This document shows, piece by piece, positions 18,468 to 28,498 of a stretch of 64,000 bases of DNA. How positions within the stretch are numbered: the stretch's first letter is position 1; every line of letters begins with the position of its first letter. Below the pieces are notes generated by a model that was given only the letters and a program-made list of their open reading frames with translations, was not told the origin of the DNA and made no database searches. The position numbers and the translations under genes were made by a program. The DNA comes from an uncultured delta proteobacterium (GTDB taxonomy: Bacteria > Myxococcota > Myxococcia > Myxococcales > Anaeromyxobacteraceae). Location: positions 96,001 through 160,000 of the forward strand of contig CAWFDF010000010.1 of NCBI GenBank assembly GCA_963814585.1, in the 5' to 3' direction.

Positions 18468-21056
18468 ATGGCCTCCTTCTTCGCGCGTCACGGCGCCGGC
18501 GAGATCCTCGCGCGCTACAGCTTCATCGAGCCCCTGCTGGCGGGGCGGAGGGTCCTCGAGCTGGGAGCGGCCGCCGCCACCGGGGGCGCCAGCGCGCTGC
18601 TGCTGGCCGAGCGCGGCGCCGCCGCGGTGCTGTCGCTGGTCGAGGGCGGCCCGGCGCTGGAGGCGGCCCGCGCCGCCGGCCACCACCCCTTCGTCCGCTT
18701 CGACGACGCGCCGCTGGCGTCGCTCCCCGAGGGGGCCTTCGACCTCATTCTCCTGGCCGACGGCGCGCCGCTGGCCGACGATCCGGCCGGCCTCCAGGCG
18801 CTGCGCCGGCTGCTGGCCGATCGGGGGCACCTGATCACCGCCATCCCCGCCGCCGGCGGGCGTTCCCTGGCCGAGCTGGCCGGCGACGAGACGCCGGTGC
18901 AGAGCCCCGCCTACGAGGCCTTCATCAGCGCGCTCACCGAGCACTTCCCCTGGGTGGAGGTGGCGACGCAGTCGGCCTCGGTCGGCTACGTCATCGCCGT
19001 CCCGCCGCCCGACGGGGAGGAGGCGGAGGTGAGCATCGACGGCTCGCAGGCCGGCGACGCCGACGCCGCCGCCTACCTGGCGCTCTGCGGAGAGGGGCCG
19101 ACCGGGCTCACCGGCATCACCATGGTGGCGCTCCCGTCGCGGCAGCTCCTCGACGCCGCGGCGGCGTCCCGGCAGGCGGCGGTGGAGGGCGCGGCCCACG
19201 CCGGCGGGGCGCTGACGGCGCTGGAGGCCCGGATCGCCGAGCTGAGCGGCGCGGGCGAGGCGGCGGCGGACCGGCTGGCCAGGCTGGAGGCGGAGCGCTC
19301 GTCGCTGCTGGCCGAGCTCGACTCGCTGCGCTCCGAGCGCCAGCACGCCGCCGAGGAGCGCGAGGGGCTGCTGCAGGACCGCGACACGGCCGCCGCCGGC
19401 GAGGCCCAGGCGCTGGCCGAGCTGGAGAAGCTCAAGTGGAAGAACCAGGACGCCGAGCAGGCGCTGGAGCGGCTCGGTAGCGTCGAGGCGCTCTGCGACG
19501 CGGAGCGGGAAGCCGGCGCCGCGGCGCGGGCCGACGCCGAGCGCCTGGCCAGCCAGCTCGGGCTGCGCGAGCGCGAGCTCGCCGAGGTGCGGACCCAGAA
19601 CGAGTCCTTCCGGCAGCGGCTGGCCGAGGCCGAGCTGGAGGCGGCGCGGCTGGGCGAGGAGCGGACGCGGGCGGTGATCGAGCTGGCCGAGCGGTCCAGC
19701 TCCAGCGTCGAGACCGAGGCCGGGCTGCGCGCGGCGCGCGCCGAGGCGCAGGCCGCCCGGAGCGTGCTGGAAGGCTCCCTGGCGCGGACCGACGCGGCCG
19801 AGTCGCGGGTGCAGGAGCTGGAGGAGGCGCTGGAGGAGCGGATCACCGAGGTCGGCGCCCTGCGGGCCGAGCTGGACGCGGGGCGGGTGCAGGTGGCGGG
19901 GGCCTCCGAGCTGGAGGCCTCGCTCCGGGCGAGGGCCGAGGCGGTGGAGGCGAACCTGGCCGCGGCGCGCGCCGAGCTCGACCGGCTGCGGGAGGAGGCG
20001 GTGACGGCGCGCGGCGAGGCCGAGGTGGCGCTGCGCGAGATCGACGAGGCGCGCGGCGAGGCGGCCCGGAGCACCGAGATCGTGGCCGAGCTGCGGGTGG
20101 AGCTGCGCGCCACCAGCGAGGCGCTGGAGGAGGCGCGGAGCCAGCTGGAGGTGGCCAGGAGCGCGCCGCCGCCCGCCGCGCCCGAGGCCTCGCCGGAGCT
20201 GGAGGGGCGGGTCGCCGAGCTCTCGGCCGAGGTGGCGAGGCTCACGGACGAGGGGGCCCGACTGGCCGGCGAGCGCGACGCCTTGACGGGCCAGCTCGAC
20301 GAGGCCCGCACCCTCATCCAGGGCGCCGCCGACCGGCTGCGGGAGCTGGAGGCCCAGCGGGCGTCGGCCGAGGCGGAGGCGCAGCTGCAGCGGGAGCGGA
20401 CCGGGGAGGCCCAGGCGCGGGCGCGCGAGGCGGAGGCCGTGGTCGAGGCGGCGCGGACGCCGGTCGCGCCGGTCGCCGGGCCGACGGCGGAGGCGCTGGA
20501 GGAAGCGCAGGTGGCGGCGGCGCGCGCCGAGGAGGCGCTGGCCGCGGCGCGGCAGGCGGCCGAGGCGGCCGGGGACCAGGCGGCGGAGATCGGGGCCGAG
20601 CTGCAGGCGGTCCGCTGGGAGAAGGAGGAGATCGAGCAGCGGCTGGCCTCGCTGCAGCAGCTCCAGCAGCCGGAGGGCGAGCCGGGCGACGCCGCGGCGG
20701 CGCTGGCCGAGGCGGACCGACTGCGAGGGGAGCTCTCCGAGGTGCGCGCCGAGCTGGAGCCGCTCCGGGCCGAGCTGGCCCGGCTGCGCGGCGGCGAGGA
20801 GGCCAGCGCGCTCGAGGTTGACGGGCTGCGGGCCGAGCTGGCGCGGGTGCAGGGCGAGCTGGCCCAGCGGGCCGTCGCCCCGGCCACCGCCGGCGGCGAC
20901 GCCGAGAAGGAGCAGCTGGCCGCCGCGCTCGCCGACCGCGACCTCAAGATCGCCAGGCTGGCCCGCGAGGTGACCGACAAGACCGATCGGCTGGGCCGCC
21001 TCGCCAAGGAGCTGGGCGAGCTCAAGGCCAAGGGGATCGGCAAGATTTTCGGCTAG
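18468..21056 (+). CDS. Methyltransferase-like N-terminal domain fused to a long coiled coil
   Basis: ARYSF..LLAGRRVLELG, AFDLIL in the N-terminus, then about 600 aa of Ala/Glu/Arg/Leu heptad-like sequence. Confidence 0.8.
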   Translation: MASFFARHGAGEILARYSFIEPLLAGRRVLELGAAAATGGASALLLAERGAAAVLSLVEGGPALEAARAAGHHPFVRFDDAPLASLPEGAFDLILLADGAPLADDPAGLQALRRLLADRGHLITAIPAAGGRSLAELAGDETPVQSPAYEAFISALTEHFPWVEVATQSASVGYVIAVPPPDGEEAEVSIDGSQAGDADAAAYLALCGEGPTGLTGITMVALPSRQLLDAAAASRQAAVEGAAHAGGALTALEARIAELSGAGEAAADRLARLEAERSSLLAELDSLRSERQHAAEEREGLLQDRDTAAAGEAQALAELEKLKWKNQDAEQALERLGSVEALCDAEREAGAAARADAERLASQLGLRERELAEVRTQNESFRQRLAEAELEAARLGEERTRAVIELAERSSSSVETEAGLRAARAEAQAARSVLEGSLARTDAAESRVQELEEALEERITEVGALRAELDAGRVQVAGASELEASLRARAEAVEANLAAARAELDRLREEAVTARGEAEVALREIDEARGEAARSTEIVAELRVELRATSEALEEARSQLEVARSAPPPAAPEASPELEGRVAELSAEVARLTDEGARLAGERDALTGQLDEARTLIQGAADRLRELEAQRASAEAEAQLQRERTGEAQARAREAEAVVEAARTPVAPVAGPTAEALEEAQVAAARAEEALAAARQAAEAAGDQAAEIGAELQAVRWEKEEIEQRLASLQQLQQPEGEPGDAAAALAEADRLRGELSEVRAELEPLRAELARLRGGEEASALEVDGLRAELARVQGELAQRAVAPATAGGDAEKEQLAAALADRDLKIARLAREVTDKTDRLGRLAKELGELKAKGIGKIFG

Positions 21057-21077
21057 CCGGATGCTATCGTCCGCCTC

Positions 21078-21644
21078 GTGACCGAGACCACCCGCCGCTA
21101 CGAACGGATCGAGATCGAACTCCCGGTCCGGCTCTTCATCCCGGGCCGGGACGGGCTGAGGTTCGAGGCCTTCTGCACCTCCCGCAACCTCGGCCTGGGC
21201 GGCCTCTTCGTGGCCGCCAGCTTCCTGCTCCCGGAGCAGATCGAGGTCCACGTCGAGCTGAAGCTGCCCGACAAGCCGCTCGCCATCCGCTCCCGCGTCA
21301 CCCACGTGGTGGCGCTGGACGACGCCAGGCTGGCCCCGGGCATGGGCATCGAGTTCCTCGACGTCGACGCCCACGGCCGCGAGACCCTGCTCCGCTACTT
21401 CACGCCGCAGCGCTACGACCGGTTCTTCGCCGACTTCGTCGGCGAGTTCCCGCACCTCAAGAAGGACCTCCCGCTCCGCGACGTCTCCCTGGTGCTGAAC
21501 CTCTGGGAGGAGTGGAAGGTGAAGCAGGAGGGCGGGCCGGCCTCCACCGCCTCCGGTGCACCGCCGGCCACGCTGCGCCGCGGGAGCGACGGCGAGGCCA
21601 CCCGCGCCCCGCCTCGCCCGGCCCCGCGCCGTCCCCGCCGCTGA
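21078..21644 (+). CDS. PilZ domain protein
   Basis: RRYER (RxxxR), NLGLGGLFV, GMGIEFLD. Confidence 0.82.
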   Translation: MTETTRRYERIEIELPVRLFIPGRDGLRFEAFCTSRNLGLGGLFVAASFLLPEQIEVHVELKLPDKPLAIRSRVTHVVALDDARLAPGMGIEFLDVDAHGRETLLRYFTPQRYDRFFADFVGEFPHLKKDLPLRDVSLVLNLWEEWKVKQEGGPASTASGAPPATLRRGSDGEATRAPPRPAPRRPRR

Positions 21645-21662
21645 CCTCCGGGGTTGGCTCCG

Positions 21663-23841
21663 ATGCCCGCGGTCCGGCTCGCCTTCCTGTGGCACATGCA
21701 CCAGCCCCTGTACCGGGAGCCGGAGACGGGCGAGTACCTCATGCCATGGGTGCGGCTCCACGCCACCCGGGCCTACTACGACATGGCCTGGATGCTGGAC
21801 CGCCACCCCGGCATCCGCTGCACCGTCAACTTCACGCCGGTGCTGCTCGAGCAGCTGGAGGAGTACGTCGCCGGCACCGCCCGCGATCGCTTCCTCGACC
21901 TGACCGCCCGCCCTGCCGCCGACCTGTCGCCCGAGGAGCGGGAGGCGGTGCTGCGGCAGTTCTTCATGGTCGACTGGGAGACCAACATCCGGCCCCTGCC
22001 GCGCTACTGGGAGCTGCTCCACCGGCGCGGGCGCGACCTGCGCGCCGTCGACCTGCCGCGGGTGGCGGCCGGCTTCACCGCGCAGGAGCTGACCGACCTG
22101 CAGGTGCTCTTCAACCTCTCCTGGATCGGCTTCGGCGGGCTGCACGACCTCCCTGGCCTGCAGGCGCTGCGCGACAAGGGGCAGGGCTTCGACGCCGCCG
22201 ACCTCGACGAGGTGCTGGCGGCGCAGCGGTCGCTGCTGGCGGAGGTGGTGCCACGCTGGCGGGCGCTGGCAGGGCGGGGGCAGGTGGAGCTGAGCTCGAC
22301 CCCGTACTTCCACCCCATCCTGCCGCTGGTCTGCGACAGCGACGCCGCCCACCGGGCCCTCCCGGGGCTGGAGCTGCCGCCGCGCTTCCGCCGCGTGGAG
22401 GACGCCCGCTGGCAGGTGCGGGAGGCCATGCGGAGCCACGCCCGCCACTTCGGCGCGCCGCCGGCCGGGATGTGGCCGGCCGAGGGCTCGGTCTCGCCCG
22501 AGGCGCTCGAGGTGCTGGCCGGCGAGGGGGTGGGCTGGACCGCCTCCGACGAGGGCGTGCTCCTCCTCTCCCTGCCGCCGGAGGCGACCCGGACCGGGTC
22601 GGTCTACCGGCCCTGGCGGGTGGCGGCCGGGGATGGGCGGGAGCTGAGGATGCTCTTCCGCGACCGCTCGCTCTCCGACCTGATCGGCTTCAACTACGCC
22701 CGCGCCGAGGCCGGCGAGGCCTCGATCGACTTCACCGATCGCGTCGAGGAGATCGGCCGGGCCTGGGCGCGGGACGGCCACGACGGGCCGGCCACGGTGG
22801 GGGTCTTCCTCGACGGCGAGAACGCCTGGGAGCACTACCCGAACTCCGGGTTCGAGTTCCTCGACGCGCTCTGGAGCCGGCTCGAGGCGACGCCGGGGAT
22901 CACCACCACCTCCGTGGGCGACGCGGTCCGCGAGGCGGCCGGCCCGGTCATCCCGCGCATCCACTCCGGGAGCTGGATCGAGGCCTCCTACCGGATCTCG
23001 GATCGGCCACTCCGAGGACCGGCGGGGCTGGACCGTGCTGGGCCAGGCGCGCGAGGCGGTGGAGGCGGCCGAGCGGGCCGGCGGCGACGGGGAGCGGCTG
23101 GCGCGGGCCCGGCGCCACTGCTACGCGGCCGAGGGCTCCGACTGGTTCTGGTGGTACGGGGAGGACTTCGCCTCCGAGCAGCTGGCGGAGTTCGACGCCC
23201 TCTTCCGCGGCCACGTGGTGCAGGCGGCGCGGCTGGCCGGGGCGCCGGCCCCGCCCGAGGCGCTCAAGCCCATCAAGCGGGTGGAGGCGGCGGCCGCGGC
23301 CGCCGAGGCGCGGCCGCTGCGCGACCCGACCGTGCTCTTCACGCCCACGCTCGACGGGCGCGAGAGCACCTTCTTCGAGTGGCAGGGATCCGGGCTCTAC
23401 CGTCCGGGCCAGCCGCGCGGCTCCATGTACGGGGGCTCCCACGCCTTCGGCGTGCTCCGCTTCGGCTTCGACCTCGAGGCGCTCCACCTCCGGCTCGATC
23501 CGGCCGAGTCCTCGCCCCGCGCCGCCGAGGTGGGGAACCACCTGCGCGTCGAGCTGGTCAGCCGCGGCCGGCAGGTGGAGGTGGACTTCGAGCTGGCTCC
23601 CGACGGCCAGCGGCGGGACGGCCGCGCCCCGGGCGGCCAGGCGGCCGGGCAGGCCACCTTCCTCGACGTGCTGGAGCTCTCCATCCCCTTCGCCGCCCTC
23701 GGGTTGACCGCTGGTGACAAGGTGTCGCTGGCGGTCCACGTCCTGCGCAGCCAGGTGGAGGTGGAGCGGCTGCCCCGCTACGGCTTCGTCGGCGTGATCG
23801 TCCCCGACCGCGACTTCGACGGCGTCAACTGGCGGGTGTGA
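21663..23841 (+). pseudogene. Glycoside hydrolase family 57 protein, frameshifted near 22999 as sequenced (probably a sequencing error)
   Basis: LWHMHQPLY, PYFHPILPL, GMWPAEG, LDGENAWE, then AEGSDWFWW in the shifted frame; ATC TCG G ATC GGC CAC reads IWIGH if one C is removed. Confidence 0.88.
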
Positions 23842-24689
23842 CGGTGAGGCTGTCCCTCGGCATCTCCCCCTGTCCCAACGACACCTTCATCTTCGACGCG
23901 CTGGTGAACGGCCGGCTCGACACCGGCGGCCTGGAGCTGGAGGTGGTGCACGAGGACGTCCAGACGCTCAACCGGTGGGCCCTGGCCGGGAGGCTCGACG
24001 TCACCAAAGTGAGCTACGGCGTGCTGCCCGAGGTCAGCGGCGAGTACGCGCTGCTGGAGTCGGGCGGGGCGCTCGGGCACGGGGTCGGACCCCTGCTGGT
24101 GGCCCGCCCCGGCGTGGCCTTCGACCCGGCCCGCTCCAGCGTCGCCATCCCCGGGGAGCAGACCACCGCCCACCTGCTCTTCTCGCTGGTCCACCCCGGC
24201 GCCGCCGGGAAGCGCTTCATGGTCTTCTCGGAGATCGAGGGGGCGGTGGCGCGCGGCGAGGTGGACGCCGGCGTCATCATCCACGAGGGCCGCTTCACCT
24301 ACGCAGCCCGGGGGCTGGTGCCGCTGCTCGACCTCGGCCAGGCCTGGGAGGCCCGCACCGGCGCCCCCATCCCGCTCGGCGGCATCGTGGCGCGGCGCTC
24401 CCTGGGGGCCGTGACCCTGCGCCGGCTGGACGGGCTGGTCCGGGCCAGCCTCGAGGCGGCCCGGGCCGGGGGCGGCGCCCTGTCGCCCTACGTGAAGCGC
24501 CACGCGCAGGAGCTGGAGGAGGCGGTGATGCGCCAGCACATCGACCTCTACGTCAACGAGCACTCGCTGGCGCTGGGGGCCGGGGGCCGGCGCGCGGTCG
24601 AGATGCTGCTGGCGGTCCATGCCCGGCTGAACGGGCGGGCGCCGCTCACCGTCGAGGACGTCCTGGCGCCCCACCTGCTCGCTGGTTGA
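23838..24689 (+). CDS. mqnD: 1,4-dihydroxy-6-naphthoate synthase (futalosine menaquinone pathway)
   Basis: SPCPNDTFIF, DVQTLN, GVIIHEGRFTY, PIPLGG, HIDLYVN. Confidence 0.93.
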   Translation: MTVRLSLGISPCPNDTFIFDALVNGRLDTGGLELEVVHEDVQTLNRWALAGRLDVTKVSYGVLPEVSGEYALLESGGALGHGVGPLLVARPGVAFDPARSSVAIPGEQTTAHLLFSLVHPGAAGKRFMVFSEIEGAVARGEVDAGVIIHEGRFTYAARGLVPLLDLGQAWEARTGAPIPLGGIVARRSLGAVTLRRLDGLVRASLEAARAGGGALSPYVKRHAQELEEAVMRQHIDLYVNEHSLALGAGGRRAVEMLLAVHARLNGRAPLTVEDVLAPHLLAG

Positions 24690-24782
24690 GCAGGCGGGGA
24701 CGGGCCGGCCGGGCCCCCGGAGCGCTGTCCCGCGCGCACGGGGACCTGTTCCGCGCAGGCTTTTCGGCTATGTTCCCCCGGC

Positions 24783-25964
24783 GTGAACAAGCAGCTCGGC
24801 ATCCTCCTCCTGGTCGTCTTCGTCGATCTCCTCGGTTTCGGGATGGTCATCCCGGTGATGCCGCGCTACGCGGCCGAGCTGGGGGCGCCCACCGCCTGGA
24901 TCGGCCTGCTCCTGACCGGCTACTCGGCGATGCAGTTCGTCTTCGCGCCCATCTGGGGGCGGCTCTCCGACCGGGTGGGGCGGCGGCCGGTGCTGCTGGC
25001 CTCCATCGGCATGACGGCGGTCGGGTTCGTCGGCTACTCCCTGGCCCCGACCTTCGGCTGGCTGCTGGCCTCCCGCCTCTTCGCCGGGGCGGCCACCGCC
25101 AACCTCGCCATCGCCCGGGCCTACGTGGCCGACGTCACCACGGTGGAGAACCGCGCCAAGGGCATGGGGATGATCGGCGCCTCCTTCGGGCTCGGCTTCA
25201 TCCTCGGTCCGGCCCTGGCCTCCTGGCTCTCACACTACTCGCTGGCTGCCCCGGGCTACGCCGCCGCGGCGCTGTCGCTCGTCAACCTGGTGGCCGCCTG
25301 GCTGATCCTGCCGGAGCCGTCGCAGCGGGTCGCCGCCCGCCACCGGCCGCGCTTCGAGGCCCTCACCGGCGAGCTCAGGCACCCGGGGATCCGGCGGCTG
25401 CTGCTCACCAGCTTCATCGCCATCCTGGCCTTCGCGGCGCTGGAGGCCACCTTCTCGCTCTTCGCCATGGACGTCTTCCAGCTCGACCAGACCCATGTCG
25501 GCTTCGTCTTCGCCTACATCGGCGTGGTGGCGGTGGTGATGCAGGGCGGCCTGATCGGACCGCTGACGCGCCGCTTCGGCGAGCGCCGGCTGCTGGTGAC
25601 GGGGCTGGCCCTGCAGGCCGTCACCTTCGTCATCCTCCCTTACGCCGGGACGCTGGGCGGGATGCTGGCGGTGCTGGCGCCCATGTCGATCGGCTCCGGG
25701 CTCACCCAGCCCTCGATCTCGTCGCTCCTCTCCCGCATGGCGAGGAAGGAGGACCAGGGCGGCACGCTCGGCATCGGCGAGAGCGCCTCGGCCATGGGGC
25801 GGATCATCGGCCCGGAGGCCGGAACGTTCACCTATAGTCATATCTCCTTCGCCTTCCCCTACGTGGCGGGGGGCGTGCTGATGGCCGTGGCGGCGGTGGT
25901 GGCGGCGACCCTGCTCCGGGCGCCCGTGACCCCGGCCGGCCCGGTGGCGCCGGGGAGGAGCTGA
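24783..25964 (+). CDS. MFS transporter (TetA/DHA1-like)
   Basis: GRLSDRVGRRPVL (motif A), GLGFILGP (motif C), many hydrophobic segments. Confidence 0.93.
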   Translation: MNKQLGILLLVVFVDLLGFGMVIPVMPRYAAELGAPTAWIGLLLTGYSAMQFVFAPIWGRLSDRVGRRPVLLASIGMTAVGFVGYSLAPTFGWLLASRLFAGAATANLAIARAYVADVTTVENRAKGMGMIGASFGLGFILGPALASWLSHYSLAAPGYAAAALSLVNLVAAWLILPEPSQRVAARHRPRFEALTGELRHPGIRRLLLTSFIAILAFAALEATFSLFAMDVFQLDQTHVGFVFAYIGVVAVVMQGGLIGPLTRRFGERRLLVTGLALQAVTFVILPYAGTLGGMLAVLAPMSIGSGLTQPSISSLLSRMARKEDQGGTLGIGESASAMGRIIGPEAGTFTYSHISFAFPYVAGGVLMAVAAVVAATLLRAPVTPAGPVAPGRS

Positions 25965-25967
25965 CCG

Positions 25968-26969
25968 ATGCCCGAGCTTCGCCGAGATCCCATCGTCGGC
26001 CGATGGGTGATCATCGCCACCGAGCGGGCCAGCCGCCCCAGCGACTTCAACCGCCCCGCGACGCGGCCGCCCAACGGGCTCTGCCCGTTCTGTCCCGGGC
26101 AGGAGGACAAGACCCCGCGCGAGGTCTACGTGCAGGGGCGGCCCCCCCCGCTGGAGCCCAACGGTCCGGGCTGGAAGGTCCGGGTGGTCCCGAACCGCTT
26201 CCCGGCCCTCAAGATCGAGGGGGAGCTCGACCGCAAGGCCGAGGGGATCTACGACGTGATGAACGGGATCGGCGCCCACGAGGTGGTGATCGAGACCCCG
26301 GAGCACCAGAAGCAGCTCAAGGACCTGGCCGACCAGGAGGTCACCGAGGTGCTGTTCGCCTTCAAGGCGCGCATCCTCGACCTGCGCAACGACCAGCGCT
26401 TCCGCTACATCCTGCTCTTCAAGAACCAGGGCCAGCAGGCGGGCGCCTCCATGGACCACGCCCACTCGCAGCTCATCGCCCTGCCGGTGACGCCCCGCCA
26501 GGTGCAGGACGAGATCGACGGCGCGCGCCGCCACTACGAGCACCGCGAGCGCTGCATCTTCTGCGACCTGGTCACCCAGGAGCGCAAGGACCGCGCCCGG
26601 CTGGTCTACGAGAACGAGGAGTTCGTGGTCTTCGCGCCCTGGGCGCCGCGCAGCCCGTTCGAGACCTGGATCGTGCCCAAGCGGCACGAGTCCAACTTCG
26701 AGGCCGAGCCCAAGGAGCGGCTGGGCCAGTGCGCCCAGGCGCTCCGCTCCACGCTGCGGCGGCTCTCCGCCGGCCTGGGCGATCCGCCCTTCAACTTCAT
26801 CCTCCACTCCAACCCGCTGCGCGACGCCCCCAGCCAGAGCTACCACTGGCACATCGAGCTGATGCCGGCGCTGACGCAGGTGGCCGGCTTCGAGTGGGGC
26901 TCGGGCTTCCACATCAACCCGGTGCCGCCCGAGGAGGCGGCCGAGTTCCTCCGCAAGGTCCTGGTCTAG
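25968..26969 (+). CDS. galT: GalT-family nucleotidyltransferase
   Basis: MPELRRDP, CPFCPG.E, HEVVIE, GASMDHAHSQ, CIFC, YHWHIE. Confidence 0.9.
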   Translation: MPELRRDPIVGRWVIIATERASRPSDFNRPATRPPNGLCPFCPGQEDKTPREVYVQGRPPPLEPNGPGWKVRVVPNRFPALKIEGELDRKAEGIYDVMNGIGAHEVVIETPEHQKQLKDLADQEVTEVLFAFKARILDLRNDQRFRYILLFKNQGQQAGASMDHAHSQLIALPVTPRQVQDEIDGARRHYEHRERCIFCDLVTQERKDRARLVYENEEFVVFAPWAPRSPFETWIVPKRHESNFEAEPKERLGQCAQALRSTLRRLSAGLGDPPFNFILHSNPLRDAPSQSYHWHIELMPALTQVAGFEWGSGFHINPVPPEEAAEFLRKVLV

Positions 26970-26975
26970 CCCGAG

Positions 26976-28409
26976 ATGGAGCTGCTCTTCCTCGCCTCGG
27001 AGGTGGCGCCGCTCTCCAAGACCGGCGGGCTCGGCGACGTGCTGGGGGCGCTGCCGGCGGCGCTGGCGGCGGCCGGGGACGCGGTGGCGGTGGTCTCCCC
27101 GCGCTACGGCTTCATCGACGCCGCGCGGAGCGGGTTCACGCCGCGTGACCGGGCGGTGCGGGTGCGCGGCGAGGCCACCACCGTCTGGTCGCGGACGCAG
27201 GGGCGGCTCACCCAGTACCTCGTCGAGCACGAGCGGTTCTTCGGCTCCCGCCGCGCCGCCTACGCCGAGCACGGCCACGAGTACGGCGACAACGCCGAGC
27301 GCTTCGCCTACCTCTGCCGCGCCGGGCTGGAGGTGCCGGCCGCCTTCGGCCACCGGCCGGCGGTCGTGCACCTGAGCGACTGGCAGACGGCGCTGGCGGC
27401 GTGGCTGCTGCGCCACGAGCACGCCGGCGATCCGGCGCTGGCGCGGGCCCGCTCGGTCTTCACCATCCACAACCTCGCCTACCAGGGCTCCTACGCCAAG
27501 GAGCTGCTGCCGGCCATCGGCCTGCCCTGGGAGGTCTTCCGGCCCGACGGCGTCGAGTTCCACGACCGCCTCAACCTGATGAAGGCGGGGCTGGTCTTCG
27601 CCGACGCCATCACCACGGTCTCGCCCACCTACGCCCGCGAGATCACCACGCGCGAGGGGGGCGAGGGACTCGACGGGGTGCTGCGTGAGCGTGGTGGCCA
27701 GCTCACCGGGATCCTCAACGGCATCGACGTCGGGGAGTGGAACCCGGCCACCGATCCGCACCTGCCGGCCCACTTCGACGCCCATCGGCTGGCCGGCAAG
27801 GCCTCCTGCAAGCGATCCCTGCAGCAGGAGCTGGGGCTGCCGATCCGCGCCGAGGTGCCGCTGCTGGCGCTGGTGGGCCGCCTGGTGGACCAGAAGGGGA
27901 TCGACCTGGTGCTGGCGGCGCTGCCGGAGCTGCTCCACCGCGACCTGCAGGTGGCGATCCTGGGGAGCGGACGGCTCGACTGGGAGGAGGCGCTCCGGGA
28001 GTCGGCGCGCCACCACGGCGGGCGACTGGCGGTCCGCATCGGCTTCGACGAGGGGCTGGCCCACCGCATCGAGGCCGGCGCCGACCTCTTCCTCATGCCG
28101 AGCCGCTTCGAGCCCTGCGGCCTGAACCAGCTCTACTCGCTCCGCTACGGCACGGTGCCGGTGGTGCGGCGGGTGGGCGGGCTGGCCGACACGGTCGAGG
28201 ACTTCGACGGCTGGCGGCGCGGCACCGGCTTCACCTTCACCGACTACGACCACCGCGCCATGCTCACCGCGGTGCGCCGGGCCCTGGAGCTCTTCCGCGA
28301 TCGGCGGGCCTGGCACGCCATGATGCGGCGGGGGATGGAGCTCGACCACTCCTGGTCGCGGAGCGCGGAGCGCTACCGGGAGCTCTACCGGGGCCTGGTC
28401 GGAAGCTGA
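26976..28409 (+). CDS. glgA: Glycogen synthase
   Basis: KTGGLGDV, DWQT, FTIHNLAYQG, VSPTYA.EI, MPSRFEPCGLNQ. Confidence 0.96.
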   Translation: MELLFLASEVAPLSKTGGLGDVLGALPAALAAAGDAVAVVSPRYGFIDAARSGFTPRDRAVRVRGEATTVWSRTQGRLTQYLVEHERFFGSRRAAYAEHGHEYGDNAERFAYLCRAGLEVPAAFGHRPAVVHLSDWQTALAAWLLRHEHAGDPALARARSVFTIHNLAYQGSYAKELLPAIGLPWEVFRPDGVEFHDRLNLMKAGLVFADAITTVSPTYAREITTREGGEGLDGVLRERGGQLTGILNGIDVGEWNPATDPHLPAHFDAHRLAGKASCKRSLQQELGLPIRAEVPLLALVGRLVDQKGIDLVLAALPELLHRDLQVAILGSGRLDWEEALRESARHHGGRLAVRIGFDEGLAHRIEAGADLFLMPSRFEPCGLNQLYSLRYGTVPVVRRVGGLADTVEDFDGWRRGTGFTFTDYDHRAMLTAVRRALELFRDRRAWHAMMRRGMELDHSWSRSAERYRELYRGLVGS

Positions 28410-28498
28410 ACCGCAACGCGGCCGTGCTGGCCGGGCGGCCGTTCCACGCATGACTCGATCGCGCCGGATCGCCCGGCCCGGCCAGAGGGAGCCAGCGG

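Noticed and set aside
19150..21050. Repetitive gaggcg/gccgag DNA as a repeat array or CRISPR
   Set aside because: Explained by Ala/Glu coiled-coil codons; no fixed repeat-spacer period
17952..22964. Very long minus-strand ORF (1670 aa), and similar ones at 25230-28451, 29566-33234 and 61105-63981
   Set aside because: Shadow frames of well-supported genes; stop codons are scarce in high-GC DNA and there are no domain motifs beyond pieces of real genes
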